Source: Hormiphora californensis (lineage: Eukaryota > Animalia > Ctenophora). From it: a stretch of DNA of 64,000 bases. Under the pieces are notes generated by a model. The model saw only the letters and a program-made list of their open reading frames with translations. It did no database searches and was not told the origin of the DNA. The stretch lies in assembly GCA_020137815.1 (NCBI GenBank), contig CM035351.1, forward strand, positions 8,680,001 to 8,744,000. The letters are read 5' to 3'. The translations under genes and the position numbers were made by a program. Positions within the stretch are counted from its first letter, which is position 1; the number at the start of each line of letters is the position of its first letter. Shown here piece by piece: positions 31,459 to 43,872 of the stretch.

Positions 31459-34400
31459 ATGAATTGTGTGTTGGTGTTGAGTTTGCTTGTAGCGGCCTCT
31501 ACCGCTCAAGAAGGCCTAGTTAACGTGGCTGTGGATGGTGTTGCCTCCGCAACCAGTTTCGGATGGGGTGGAATTGCCAATCGTGCAATTGATAACAATA
31601 CCAACCAGAGATACAATGGGTTAGTTTCTCACTTCTTATCTTCAATATTATTATATGTCAAAGAAAAAATAGAGACAAAATAACAGTGCATACTTATTAT
31701 GTAATATGATTGATGGCAGCAAAATATAACTGGTCCCTGCATTTTACAGGAAATCATGTTACCACTCCCAAAACAAGGGAACCAACAAGCTGACTGTTGA
31801 ACTGAGGGATGTCGCCTTTGGAGCTGAGTACAAGGTGGACAGTGTGAAACTATACAACAGGATCGATTGTTGCAGCAGCCGAATTAATGGGGTAAGAAGA
31901 ACATGCTAATGCTGCAAGCTGTAGTTATATATCCCAGCGTGAAAGCATTTAGTTTACAATTTATCCCTAATTTATAACAAGAGAACATGCCGTAATGTCC
32001 AAGTTTAACCACTCAGATTCATTTTGGGCTATTACAGCATTTATGTAGCTAACTGAGGACACATTATGTCAGTCAAATATAGACATAATAGAAACACACA
32101 TAGAGATGCAGATGATAAATACAAAGACGACTAATTTCCTGCTTTTTAGGCAATTATTTATGTTGGTCAAGAGAAGTGTGGTACTATCACGTATGACAAG
32201 TCTACCACCGTCTACGAGTTTGCCTGCAATGGTGCTGTTGGTACGTCTGTCACTGTGGAGCTGACTGGAGATTATCTTCAAATATGCGAACTGCAAGTCC
32301 TAGGTTAGTGCAAACAGGCATCCTCACAATCTTCCTCCTCAACTCTCACTGTACTTGGAAAACTTCATCAAATCATGCATATAATAATATATCATTAGAA
32401 ATACACAACGAAATAATACAACTGTATCATTAGAAGTTGTATAATACCCTACATCATCTCATAGTGAAAGAGAGCGATATGCCGGAGATGAAGAAGTTGG
32501 AGAATGTCGCTGCCTCTGGTTACGCTTCTGCCTCTACCGTGGGCTGGGGTGGTCTCCCCTCCCGACTTATCGATGGAAATGTGGGACCTTACTGGAGCAG
32601 GTTCGTAATAGAAGGAGAAACACAATCGGTTGGGCTAGTAAGAAGGGCCAAGTGTGGGATTATAGAGACGATTCACATAAACATTGTTTCAACGGAATAA
32701 TACAGCTGTATTTAGGACGCAACACACGTTTCATGGAATCTCTGACGGGAAACATTGTTTCGATTGTTTAGTGCTTTGAAACATAATTTTGGTTTGTTTA
32801 ACTAAATCTCCCGTTTCAGTAAGTCGTGTTATCACTCTGCGAATGCTAACAATAACGAGGTTCAAATCCAGCTGGCTGGATACGAAACAGGGGCCAAGTA
32901 CAATGTCGAAGCAGTTGTAATTTACAACCGGGGTGATTCTTGTTGTGATCAGCGAATTAACCAGGTATGTTCCCATTGATCTACCGAACCCTCACAGAGT
33001 GAGAGCGCACAGTGTGGGCTACACAATGTTCCTAGAGGTTAACTCTGTCGACAAATCAATTGATATCTTATAACGAGTGCTTTGCCAACAGGCTACCGTC
33101 TACGCTGGAGACAAACAGTGCGGTCAGATCAAGTTTGTCGAGGGGAAGACCAAGTACATAATGAATTGTGAAGGTGCCGAGGCTAGCAGTGTAACCCTCA
33201 AACATAGCGGACAATACATCAACATTTGTGAAGTTGAGGTCCTTAGTAAGTTACCATGGCAACCACAATTCCTTTACAATAGAGAGGGACAATAGGATAT
33301 ATGGTAAACAGTGCTTACTAAAGAGTCTATAACAGCTCTTCTATTTTGTAGTTGAGGAGGGAACAGGACCAGAAATTCCCAAACTGGTCAATGTAGCTGT
33401 AAATGGAACTGCTACTGCTAGCTCTGTTGGGTGGAACGGTGTACCCTCCAGACTTATCGATGGAAATGTTGGTCCTTACTGGAGCAGGTAACTAATCATA
33501 TCATCTAGAAACTTCACCTAGAATCATCATCACTTAGTCGCGACTAATCGAATCTATACTAGTGTTGCTGACACAATTCACTTTCATCACAGTATTACTC
33601 ACCATCCCCCTCTCCTACAGCCAGAGTTGTTATCACTCAAAGAATACTGGACAAAACGAAGTTTCCATTGCCCTGCCTGGGTGGGAGGCTGATGTGAAAT
33701 ACCCCATAACTGCAATTAACGTGTACAATCGAGCTGACAGCTGCTGTGATCAGAGGATTAACCAGGTATAATAAGTGGTTTTTACAGAGGTTTTAATGTC
33801 TTGATCAGCTTTGAAACAGGAGGGATTTTAATCGCACTTTATGTCGCTAGGCAACGCTTTACGTGGATGATACACAGTGTGGACAGATCAAGTTCGGCGA
33901 GGGAACTACCAAGTACTCATTTGACTGTAAGGGAGTTGAGGGAAGCAAGGTCACTTTGAAGCACAAGCGGACAATACATTAACATCTGCGAAATGGAAGT
34001 CCTTGGTAAGTTACCATGGCAACCGAGGGCTCTTGGCAACAGGTGGTAGGATATTTTTCATGGCGTGATTATGTAAGGAATCGATCCTTTTTACAAAGTA
34101 TATTTAACTCTATCCCATTCCCGTTCAGTTCTCGAGAAAGATTTGCCTAAGAATATTCCCGAAGTTCACAACGTTGCTATTGGCCGACCTACTGCTCAGA
34201 GTTCTACCGGGTGGGGTGGTGTAGCCTCCCGAGCTGTCGATGGAGACACTAACTCTGTATGGGGCGGGTGAGTCCATTTTACCAAGAGTGTGTTATAGAA
34301 TTGAACAAAGAGAGGGAACTAGAGAAAATTAAAGTCGGGATCGTTCTCATAGTACTCAACTCAACAAGCATTTAATCTCTTTCTCCCCCCACCAGAAAAT

Positions 34401-34861
34401 CCTGCACCCATTCGGCTAAGAACAAGAACAACTTTTGGTCGGTTGAACTCGCTCAGGAGGAGTATGTGAGGGATGTTATCATTTACAACCGACTGGACTG
34501 CTGTTCTGAGAGGATCGATGGTGCCAAGGTATGAGAATTAACCGCTAAAGTACAGATGTAGCGATACTTTGTATTGTTCATGGCGTGATCCTTTTACAAA
34601 AAATAACCATCTCCCATGAGAGTTGGATCTAAAAATTATCTTACTATGATCAACCGTACCCAGGTTTGGATTGGACTTGGCGAGGATTGGACCCATTGTG
34701 GAACTATCAACTCTAACGGAGCCGCTGTGATCTCCACCCCTTGTAATGCCCAGGGAGACAAGATCAAAGTGACGAATGACAACAACTACCTGACTCTGTG
34801 TGAGGTACAGGTTATCACCTACGAGGAGGAGAACCCATCTGAAGAGATGGACGAAGAGTAA
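31459..34861 (+). CDS. Secreted F-type lectin (fucolectin) with 4 tandem domains, 12 exons (3 per domain)
   Basis: Signal peptide. Each repeat has NVA..G.A..SS.GW...RAIDGN, SCxH, YNRxD(S)CC..R and LxxCEvqV. One extra base near 33966 frameshifts domain 3 relative to its paralogous exon. Confidence 0.93.
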
Positions 34862-35984
34862 AGAGTGAAGTTAGAGTGAATTGTTTCAATGTAAAATCAT
34901 GTATAGTGTGAGTTATTTCTTCTCTGAAAGCAATTCAATTGTTCACGTGCATCGACAAAAAGAGAGACGCACACACAAAGCATTAAAGAAAAACAATCAT
35001 AGAAACGGTGTTACACAGCTCACAATGCATGTGACAATGTATTCTCTCTCTCTCTCTCACACACACAGATATTATACTGCTGTTATACACAGACTAATGT
35101 GAGATAATACAGAGCCTCATTATCCAAGGAACACACATGATAATCGGCTGGCTACCAACCATGATGAGCGAGTAGTGAGTGTGGTACTTGTTTACAATTA
35201 TATGTTACAAACTTTTAGACAAGGAAGTAACCCGCTTGATCTTTCACACTACGAAGTGGGGTTTTTAAGTATACGGCCGTCTAGCTAAGGCACGAAGATA
35301 TAGAATTCGGAGATCGCCTATATTGTGTACATGACAAACAAGACCCAGGTTAATGATAAGTTGATGACGTACAGAGCTTTATGAAGTGACCATATTATTC
35401 AAGTGAAATTTATTGAGTGAAACCCCCATCAGAAATTCGCGAGGATAAACCTGCATTCACTAGGAGGATTCGTGTAGCTTTTATCATAGCCCTAGATGCT
35501 TCACGTAGTAGGAGCGGTTAGATCAGCACGTTATTCCTGTTATCTTACTATCTTCTTCTGCTCGCTGCTCGGGGACAGCGATGGGTCCACGGCCCAGCAA
35601 GTCCCTGGGTGTCCGGGGCCAGGGGCGACAGCCCCGGCGGGGGTGTAGGGGGCGAAGTTTTCTGCGTTGGTCTGCTATTAGAGTGATTGTGGGACAGTTT
35701 GATATTTCCAGTTTTCCCCGAGACAGTTGTAGCGGATACCTTAATGTTGTTCGGACCTGTGCTATTGACCAATTTCCACGTCGTAATGATGCTGTAGCGT
35801 TGTCGGCGCCATTGAAGCCTGAACTTCAGAGCCTAACGGAAGTGATTTTCAGCTTTTTCAGTACTTTCAGTTGACACACGAGGCTGGTGACTTTAGACCT
35901 GAGAAACAGGTCCATCTAACGAGGCCGTAGGCGCATCAGCCATCACGCATAGCGGGACTGTAGCTACAGAATTACAAATCCGTA

Positions 35985-36487
35985 AAATGTCAAGGCCTAA
36001 CCCCAACCCAAACCGCAACCCTAACCCTAACCCTACTTTAGCCCTAACCCTAAAAAACCGGGCGCCGTTACGATCTGGGTGTTTGGAGGCCTGTTTAAAG
36101 TCGAATTTTTTATTTAAGCGACAGGCCGCCGCGCATTCAAAGAGGTCGCGCGGCGTCGTATTTGCGCGTGATATTCGAGATCGAGTTCCTGTAAAGTCGG
36201 ATTTTTTGAAACTGTCACCCCCCTGGGTATTTTCAAATTTCGTAAATGACCATAAATCCGGTTCCTGACGAGATAGAGACTTGAAATTTGGAGGTTACGA
36301 AGATCTTGCTAAGTTCTTCCGAACCTCCAAATTTCAAGTCTCTATCTTATCAGGAACCGGAGATATGGCAAATTTTGTTATTTCAGGGGGGTGACAGTTT
36401 CAAAAAATCCGACTTTACTACAGGCTGTAGTGGGAGACACTAGCGTGGTACGCGCAAAAAAATGCGCGCCACATACCTAAAATAACG
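35985..36487. mobile_element. Composite non-autonomous repeat: (CCCTAA)-like block, GC-rich block, 230-bp fold-back MITE (36191-36418), terminal block
   Basis: TIR GTAAAGTCGGATTTTTTGAAACTGTCACCCCC and its reverse complement. The blocks recur at 44329-45200. Confidence 0.7.
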
Positions 36488-36802
36488 GACTGAAGTTGCA
36501 GCCCTTCGGCCCTGCTCGCTGGGCTCTGCAGTATTCATCCCACTCGATAAATATAGAACCGGGGCCTGCTTACGGGAGTTTTAAACCGCCACACCCCCTG
36601 ACTATGGCTGACACTCCTGACTCCTAGCCCTGGCCCCCGCCGGCCGCCCGGAAGCGCCGAGCCGGAGGCCCAGCGCCGTCCCTGTTTAAAATCCCCCTTG
36701 TTTGCGTTACAAGTCATAGCCCCACCCTGAAAAGATAGTGAATTTAAAAATAGGGACAGAATGACTATAATTGAAGGAAGCAATCGATTGAGGAATGAGG
36801 AT

Positions 36803-36846
36803 GAGTTTCAAACTTTTCAACACTACTTTAAACAAATTAATTTGAG
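36803..36846 (+). other. Genomic copy of a spliced-leader (SL) exon at the 5' end of a retrocopy
   Basis: GAGTTTCAAACTTTTCAACACTACTTTAAACAAATTAATTTGAG matches, from memory, the Pleurobrachia/Hormiphora SL. It is followed by TTTCAG rather than a GT donor, so it is not an SL RNA gene. Confidence 0.75.
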
Positions 36847-36890
36847 TTTCAGCAAATGTCTATGTAAGAGCCCAGGAGGGCAGCAAGAAA

Positions 36891-37869
36891 ATGACAAGCT
36901 CCGACGATGAAATGGATATACGGATCTACCTGCGGGAAACAGACGTTGAAGAGGAAGATATTCGATACTGTCAAGAACAAACGGTGGAGTGGGTAAGAGA
37001 GATATTAACCCTAACCGGTGGGTTCGGTGAAGTTGACCCACGCCTAGTGCAGTACGGACAACATGCAGAGGACGTATGGAATGATCTGAAAGTTCCCTCC
37101 AGGAACAAACTCAATGCTCTGAACAAGCCAGTGCTTTTAGACCTTGTGGAGGAGGCATGCCGTATTCTTATGGAACATACCTTCCCAGTTACAGAACAGT
37201 TGTTAACAGTGGGTTACGAAACCTTGAAGATAAACCAGCTGGAGAAGGAGCTCAAGAAGGAGCTCACGAAGCGAAGAGCTAATAAAAACCCAGAGAGATC
37301 TGGTAGCTGCACAGGAGGAGCTGCTAAAAATGCAGAGACAGTTACTCGAAAAGAGAGAAACTGAAATCACCGCTGTTCAGACAACGGCACAGCAGGAACT
37401 GAAGAGTTTTGCATCTGTTCTGGAGAAAGAATGTGCCACTGCCCTGGCTCCAAAGAAGATACAGTCGGCAATCGTTGCAGCTTCGGAGGACCGTGGGTGT
37501 AACATCATCATCCATGGCCTGGAAGAGAGTGCTGAGCTTGAAACTCAACTAAAGTCTCTTTTTACTGAGCTTGAAGAGGCTCCGAAAATGAAATCTGTGG
37601 AGCGCTTGGGAAAGCAGGCCTCATTTGCAAGACCTGTGAAAGTTGTGCTGAGGAGCAGAGAAGCTCAAATATCGATCCTGTCAAAGAAATGCCTGTTAAA
37701 AGGGACTGATAAGTTCGAAAAAGTTTTTATTTCTCCCGATAGAACTGAGGAAGAACGGAAAGAACGGAAGCAGCTGGTAGTTGAGCTGAGGGAGAAAATA
37801 AAGCGGTCCCCTGGAACCCACCACATAATCCGTGGAAAGAGGGTGGTAGAAGCACCAAGGGACGCTTGA
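36891..37869 (+). CDS. LINE ORF1-like protein (coiled coil + RRM + C-terminal domain), ~325 aa with one frameshift near 37270
   Basis: Motifs EDRGCNIIIHGLEE, VERLGK...RPVKVVL and KVFISPDRTEEERKERKQL are typical of ORF1p RRM/CTD. Heptad-rich ELIKTQRDLVAAQEELLKMQRQLLE follows once the frame is corrected. Confidence 0.8.
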
Positions 37870-38075
37870 ACATTCATACAAACTAGTTCTGAACTCTAAT
37901 CTAATGATCTAGTAGAGTAAAACCGCTTTTGAAAGCAGGAAGATATCCGTAAAGTTGTTTCTTTTATTAGTGTTATCTTACCAATGTATGCTATAAAGCG
38001 GTATATTAAATGTTAATTGATGATGATTGATGATGATGATGATGAATGGTAACACAAAACTATTGAGTGGGATAT

Positions 38076-38423
38076 GTGAACCATAATAAAGTTCAAGAGC
38101 TCCCGCCTCCCAATAGTGCACCACATCCAGAAGAGACCACATCCAAGAGAGCACCACATCCGGAAGAGACCACTCCAAGAGTGTACCACATCCAAGAGAG
38201 CTCCCGATCCACTATCCAGAAGATACCACGTGCAGAGGATACCATGTACAGAAGATATCCGCGGTGTTGTATTTGTGCATGTAATATCTTCTGTGTGTGG
38301 TATCCCCTGTCATGTGGGTGGTCTGAGACCACTGGTCTCTACTGGATGGGGTGTTCTCCAGGTCCTGGTGCGCTCTAGGACCTGGTGCGCTCTTGGACGC
38401 TCTTGAACTTTGTTATGGTTCAC
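38076..38423. mobile_element. MITE with 25-bp TIRs and internal ACCACATCCAAGAGAG-type tandem repeats
   Basis: GTGAACCATAATAAAGTTCAAGAGC / GCTCTTGAACTTTGTTATGGTTCAC, flanked by TAT on both sides. Confidence 0.75.
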
Positions 38424-38722
38424 TATCAAGTGCATAATTTACAACATTGTGAATAATTTATTTGTGATGTCCAGAGGCGGCTCTGGCAGGTGGTGATGCC
38501 ATGACTCATTATATTTTTGGATATCTTGGTTAACTTGGAATCATATTTTAAAATTGTTCCAGCAAGAGCCTCCGATCATGTAGGCTTCTATAATTGTGGG
38601 AGTCTTTTGAACTTATTTTGTTTTACGGATCGCTATTCCACTCAGGTGGACCTTGAAGACAGAATTGTACCTTTTATTGTTGCATTAAACCCCTTTTCTA
38701 AATACCTAAAATACCCTCTTAC

Positions 38723-40323
38723 CGGTGGATCCACAACTGCTAAGTTCAGCTGAAGGATACCACGTGAAGGATGTATCGGAACAGGAAATGGAGGAAGATC
38801 CAGATCCGTAACGCAAAGGGTAGTCTTCATCGCATTCTATTGTTATGGTGCTCCCACCTTTTTGGGCTGACCATGATGTTACCACAGCATTGGTATCCAC
38901 GGTCACGGCATCACACAGTCCTGTGAAAATATAAAACTAGTTTGTTATACCAGGACCTCCCCGGTATCACCCAGAATACTGTTTTGAGAAGAGAGGTGCA
39001 CTCTAGTTCTATTAGACAATTTAAGGTTACAGTTTACACACTTGACAACCAAGCAGCATGACATAACAACCCACGTAACATTATTATGATAACAACCCAT
39101 GTAACTCTATGCCAGACAATTATCGGAAAAACCCTCTCAGCCTACCTGCTCGATAGGCATCTGATGCGTCGTCATAACTGGTAAACTGAATTTCCAACAG
39201 AGTCACATTCCATCGATTTATACAGGAATCAGTGCCTTCATTGAGCATAGAGTAGTTAGCCATGAGAAGTCCGTTACATGTTAATGTAAAGGTCATGTTC
39301 GACATGTCTATTGTCCAAAGTTTATCATCCACCACAGGGGGAGTTACAGGGAAGTCCCTGCTTCCACAGTGAGAAATGTAGTATTCGTACGGGTCATTGA
39401 ATTTGATCTAAAATGAGTTAAATTTTAATTGTGAAACTATTTTAAGTGACATAAAATAGAAGATCTATACTAATGCTAAAAGTAGAAAGGTATTTTTTCC
39501 CTGCCCGGGTGGATGCCGAAGGGCATCCACCCGGATGATCGTTTTAGCACGTGTGCTAAAAAGATCATAAAGGGTTTAGAAATCTCGGATTTGAAATAGT
39601 AACTCGAGCGTGGTCAAAATCGCGTGTGTCACGGTAGCAGCATAGTAACTGCTCCTTCATAAAATCAAATAACTGTTTTGATGAAATATGATGTCAGGAC
39701 GCTTATTTTTCAAAGCTGTGCGCGGCGCTCACAACACTGTTGCTGAAGGGGTGAGGGTAGAGTGAAACACTGTGTAAATACAGGACGCATGCATCTCACA
39801 TTGTGACCAAGCCTTGATATTGTGATACTGATAGTGTGATACTGATCCTGTCGACGGAGGGCAGGGAAACACCGCATTATGAATACAAAATGCAATAATT
39901 CTTGTTACCTGTACTTGGCCAATATATCCTTGAAAGTAATCAAAGTAAATATAGATACGGTCGCCACTGTTGTAGGTTGAATTTGTCTTGATAGCAATAG
40001 GACCGGACTCAGGGAAGAGCCAATCGATGTCCGTTCCCCTGGTTATATCCTGCCATCCGTCACCAGAACCATCTGTAAAGTATTTGGTAATGAAATTACC
40101 CCTCCGCGTTATAATAGCTCATATCATGCAATATTAGAGGGTGACTTCGTAACCAACTGTAAAGAGTTGTGTTTTGAAAACCAGCGAAAATCAGATTGAT
40201 TATTATCACGTAAAGGAGCGAATTTTTCCGTATTCTACAAATTTCTCATTACACGTAATTTAGTTATCCCTTACCGCATGCAGCCACGTAAAGGAAGACC
40301 AAGGCATAGAACCTCAGATTCAT
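38723..40323 (-). CDS. Secreted protein: signal peptide, beta-rich domain of the same family as 18254-20957, sushi/CCP-like module; exons 40323-40275, 40072-39909, 39407-39146, 38920-38723; last exon uncertain (~38587-38541)
   Basis: MNLRFYALVFLYVAAC; GWQDITRGTDIDW...KLWTIDM...TCNG...SCINRW...IQFTSYDDASDAYR; then a C-C-C-W-C sushi-like pattern. GT-AG junctions are in phase. Confidence 0.82.
39492..39906 (+). mobile_element. Helentron-associated (HINE/DINE-1-like) non-autonomous element in an intron
   Basis: T-run start, subterminal inverted repeats TTTCCCTGCCC (39496) / GGGCAGGGAAA (39859), 5' hairpin CCGGGTGGATGCC-GAAG-GGCATCCACCCGG, short 3' stem GCATT/AATGC, ends CTTGTT. Confidence 0.65.
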
Positions 40324-40938
40324 GGTTTATTTCACTCGATTTCACTCACAAAACATATATTATCGGCTAAGGAAATAAAAACAGGTTAAAACTAGCTAGG
40401 TCGTTTAAAAAGAAACGAAGGTGGCCAAAATTTATAGAACAATGTACGGTAACAAAAGAACTGTGCTGTGGAATGACAGTTCATTGTTCGTTTGCAAGCT
40501 TTTGTGATGTAAATAACTCCATCTTAGCTGTTAGATAACTTGACTCTTTATGCAGACGAGGGCCAGAGATGATATAATAGAGATAATATGAAATTCATAT
40601 TATGAATAGGGAAATGTAAACAAACATCTCACGCCCGCAAATAGACACACACCCAAACAATATGGATTGTAAAACATACTTTATGTATCATGTAAGGCAC
40701 CTAGTGTCACCCCCCCCCCCCCCCCCGGAAACGTAAGAGCTGATCTTTCTGGGAAACGTGTCGACAATTCTTGATCTCAGCATGATAGAGATAGCGGTCA
40801 GTCGTTACCTAGGAGGTAGAGTTCCTACATGATCTAAATTGTGCAAACATGTCAGGGAGAGAATCCCCCGAAATTTAAACTTGATTTACCCGCTGGGTGT
40901 TATATATGTATACGAACTCCTTGTTTGTAGAGATCGAG

Positions 40939-41829
40939 ATGTCTGGATCGGCTAAGAATCTGAGTAAAAGTTCCAAGGATTTGGTTCACGCGGCTGCCGA
41001 GATGTTTTCTCCTGCTGATGTCCAAGTGAGTTTTACTATTTTTGTTTAAATGCTTCTCTAAGCGTTGAGGTAATGTTTAAGGATTGAAGTGATATTTCTT
41101 CATGCACCTCCGGTGCATACACTTCTCTTGGCCCAAGAGAAGAAGAAGATTTAATATTAACATCCCTAGGTTGAAGAATTTTTTGAGCAGACCAATCGCC
41201 CTATTTATGTTGACTCTGTGCTTCTAAACTCGGTTGCATATTGCTGCATCAGGTTTACTTCCAAGGGGATTTGGGGTATAAAGCTGCAGTTATCTAATGA
41301 AACGACAGAGGGGATGAGAAATGTATGGAACTGTTTTAGGCCAAATTCTCTTCCCCCGATTGAGCACATGGCATTTGTTGCACGAGCTTCCCTCGGACAA
41401 CAATACATCTACTTCATTGCTCAATTCGGGAGGGATGACTATATACCGACCGAAGAAGAGAGGAGAGATGAAAGCTCAAACTTCAAGGCGGTTATAGTCG
41501 AGAGAAATCTGCGTCACGCAGCCCTTTGTCTGCTCACCAACAAGGACCAGACGGAAGTTTGGGTTAAACAGCCCGCACTGGTTGATATGGAGGGCAACAT
41601 TGTTTGTGGGTTGAATATGCTTGATGGTCCCAAAATTCTCGCACACCCGGGGGCAAGGCTAGTAGCTGACGAACACGACAGCAGTATCTGGACAGAAATG
41701 ACCAATCCCCTAACTCTTCCTGAACTGCACGAGATGATGTTTGCTACCTCAAACGTCGGCAAGACATACCAAATGGTGGCAAATGATTGCCAAACCTTTG
41801 CCAAGAGCATGTTTGAGCTGGCATCGTAG
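40939..41829 (+). CDS. Permuted papain-fold (PPPDE/DeSI or LRAT-like NlpC/P60) thiol enzyme; exons 40939-41025, 41170-41829
   Basis: His in IEHMAFV precedes the C-terminal TYQMVANDCQTFA, which resembles the Y-x-x-x-x-N-N-C-x-x-F-A catalytic motif. Confidence 0.7.
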
Positions 41830-42169
41830 AGAAATAAGAAGCAGGACCTTTAGCATATTACATATGTTTTACATTTAAACAGAAAAAAAAGAAATGTGAT
41901 AAAAATTTTATAAATTAGATAGGCAGATTTATAATTTTCTATGTTTTGTACTACATATTTTCTTTGGGGCCTGGGCTGAAATTTAAAATGTTTTGTATTG
42001 TACAGTCAAACCTCGATTTACCGAAACCTCGATTTACCGGACAGGTAAATTTCCCAAATTGGGATATTAATGGCATTGGGAGAGTAATGTTATCCACTAA
42101 ATACCGTTTGCCTCGATTCATTACCAGGCTAACTGCAGCAGTGGTGCTCACATTGACCGCATGCACAAT

Positions 42170-42796
42170 TTGGTGACATTGACACCTAGTGCGTGCGAGA
42201 TCGAGCTCGCACATAGGTGTCCGCTCCGCCCCCTAAAAAAGGGTCGTGTCTTTCAAGCCAAATTGCACGTGATCCACTGGACCGATTTGCATCCGGTTTG
42301 TCGCAAAAGACTACAAATTGGTCCTAGTTTACTGGAAAATACCCGAGAAGTTTGTCTGTCAACAGGAAGTGGGTCAAAATTGACACTGAAGTCAAATCTA
42401 TAATCTGGCTTCCGAGCCTTTTTGCACCACTCCCAGACGGTGTAGAATAAATCTGAGGGTATCAGAAGATAGGTTGAACTCTTGTGAGTGCTGGAAAATA
42501 CCCGGCATTAATAGCTGATGCTAATTGCATCAACATATCTCCCAATATCTTCTAAATCGCATGGGCGTAGTGCAGAAAGTCTCGGAGGCCAGATTGTGGG
42601 TTTGACTTCGGTGTCGGTTTTGGCCCACTTCCTGTTGGCAGACGGGCTTCTCGGGTGTTTTCCAGTGTATTGGGATCATTTGTGGTCTTTTGCGACGGGC
42701 CGGATGCAGATCCCTTGAAAGAAGCGACCCTTTTTGAGGCGGAGCGGACACCTGTGTGAGCTCGATCTTGGTCGCGCACGGTGTCTATGTCACCAA
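42170..42796. mobile_element. Mutator-like (MULE) MITE
   Basis: Long imperfect TIRs TTGGTGACA...TGTCACCAA. 9-bp TSD ATGCACAAT at 42161-42169 and 42797-42805. Confidence 0.85.
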
Positions 42797-43039
42797 ATGC
42801 ACAATATGTCTTATAGACGTTGTAGGACGTAGACCGCGTCGTAGGCAACGTTTTATGCGGGTGCCGAGTGGCCAATAATCAATATATGGCGGAGCACCCT
42901 TCCCCTGACGAGTCCGGAAAATCGAGCTTTTACTGTTTATTTTAGATTTATAATTCACATGACGTAGTAATCAATGTACCCTGTCTTATTTTTGTACACG
43001 TTCAATTATACCGTATTATCGATATAATGTACAACAATG

Positions 43040-43439
43040 ATAGATAATGCCCAATGTGTCCCTGATAAGCTTAGAATTGGCCCATTTTCACTGAAAAAGT
43101 TTCCCGAAAATTTCGAAAAAAGTCATTTTTTGAAGTTTGCGATGCATTTTATTTCCATTTTATTTAAAAGTCCACTTTTAAAGTTGCTTGCGGAGGCCCG
43201 TACACATGGTTACCACTTCGTGACATACTTCCCGGAAGTCTCATTGCACTCTGATCGTTTCTCGTTTCCTGTTGCTCTCGTTCTCTCAGTACAAACACCA
43301 CATTTTGTCACCTGTTTCTTCCTTTAACATTCAACAATCACTCACAGCCCTCCTCCTACTCCCCAGTGGTCTCTACACAGCTTAGATAATGCCCAATGTG
43401 TCCCTGATAAGCTTAGAATTGGCCCATTTTCACTGAAAA
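43040..43439. repeat. ~57-bp direct repeat pair (43040 and 43383)
   Basis: tagataatgcccaatgtgtccctgataagcttagaattggcccattttcactgaaaa occurs twice. Confidence 0.85.
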
Positions 43440-43872
43440 GGTACCCGCAAAATCACACCCGCCCACCCCCCAGCCACCCTCCCTAAATAGAGGCGTTTAC
43501 TAAACAGCCCACTACAGCGACAATCCTTGTGTTTTGGTGCACTAAGTCGCTTATCGCGTGTAACAATTATCAATGATCTTATCTATGTTATCCGACTTGT
43601 CTTCTAGAACATTTCATACTCTACATTTGTACTGTCCTATGCCTTATTTGTGTTTGATTGTCTTTAATCTTAATCTCTACTGAAAATGGACACACTTCAC
43701 ATCTCATCACCAATACGTCACGGTACCCATCACATCCATCAAGGTCGTAAGTTTGTCAGTCCGTTGTTATGTACAGTTGTATCCAAATTATGATCGTAGC
43801 CATTGAGAGATTCTATTCTTATTCTTAGTTAGTATCTTTAGCTAGCGCTGTTGACAGACCGTACTCACAATG

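Larger units (their letters stand above)
36803..38045 (+). mobile_element. Non-autonomous ORF1-only LINE (L2/CR1-type) derivative
   Basis: SL, 44-nt UTR, ORF1, ~150-nt 3' UTR ending AAAGCGGTATATTAAAT, then a (GAT)n tail. No endonuclease or RT present. Confidence 0.75.

Noticed and set aside
33250-34023. Perfect RFX X-box-like GTTACCATGGCAAC in two lectin introns
   Set aside because: Both overlap paralogous splice donors created by domain duplication, so they are not independent evidence of regulation.
35995-36052. Telomere remnant or HeT-A-like telomeric role for the neighbouring ORF1 element
   Set aside because: The CCCTAA-like tract is short, degenerate, interstitial and duplicated with its flanks at 45045, so it is part of a dispersed repeat.
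35545-36740. Single large Helentron bounded by ACTATCTT/AAGATAGT
   Set aside because: Only an 8-bp match with no clear terminal hairpin.
36803-36900. SL RNA gene
   Set aside because: No GT donor or Sm-site-containing intron follows the leader. It runs straight into a UTR and ORF.
42001-42045. Tc1/pogo-like end TA-CAGTCAAACCTCGATTTA (similar at 30867)
   Set aside because: No matching opposite TIR was found, so at most a remnant.
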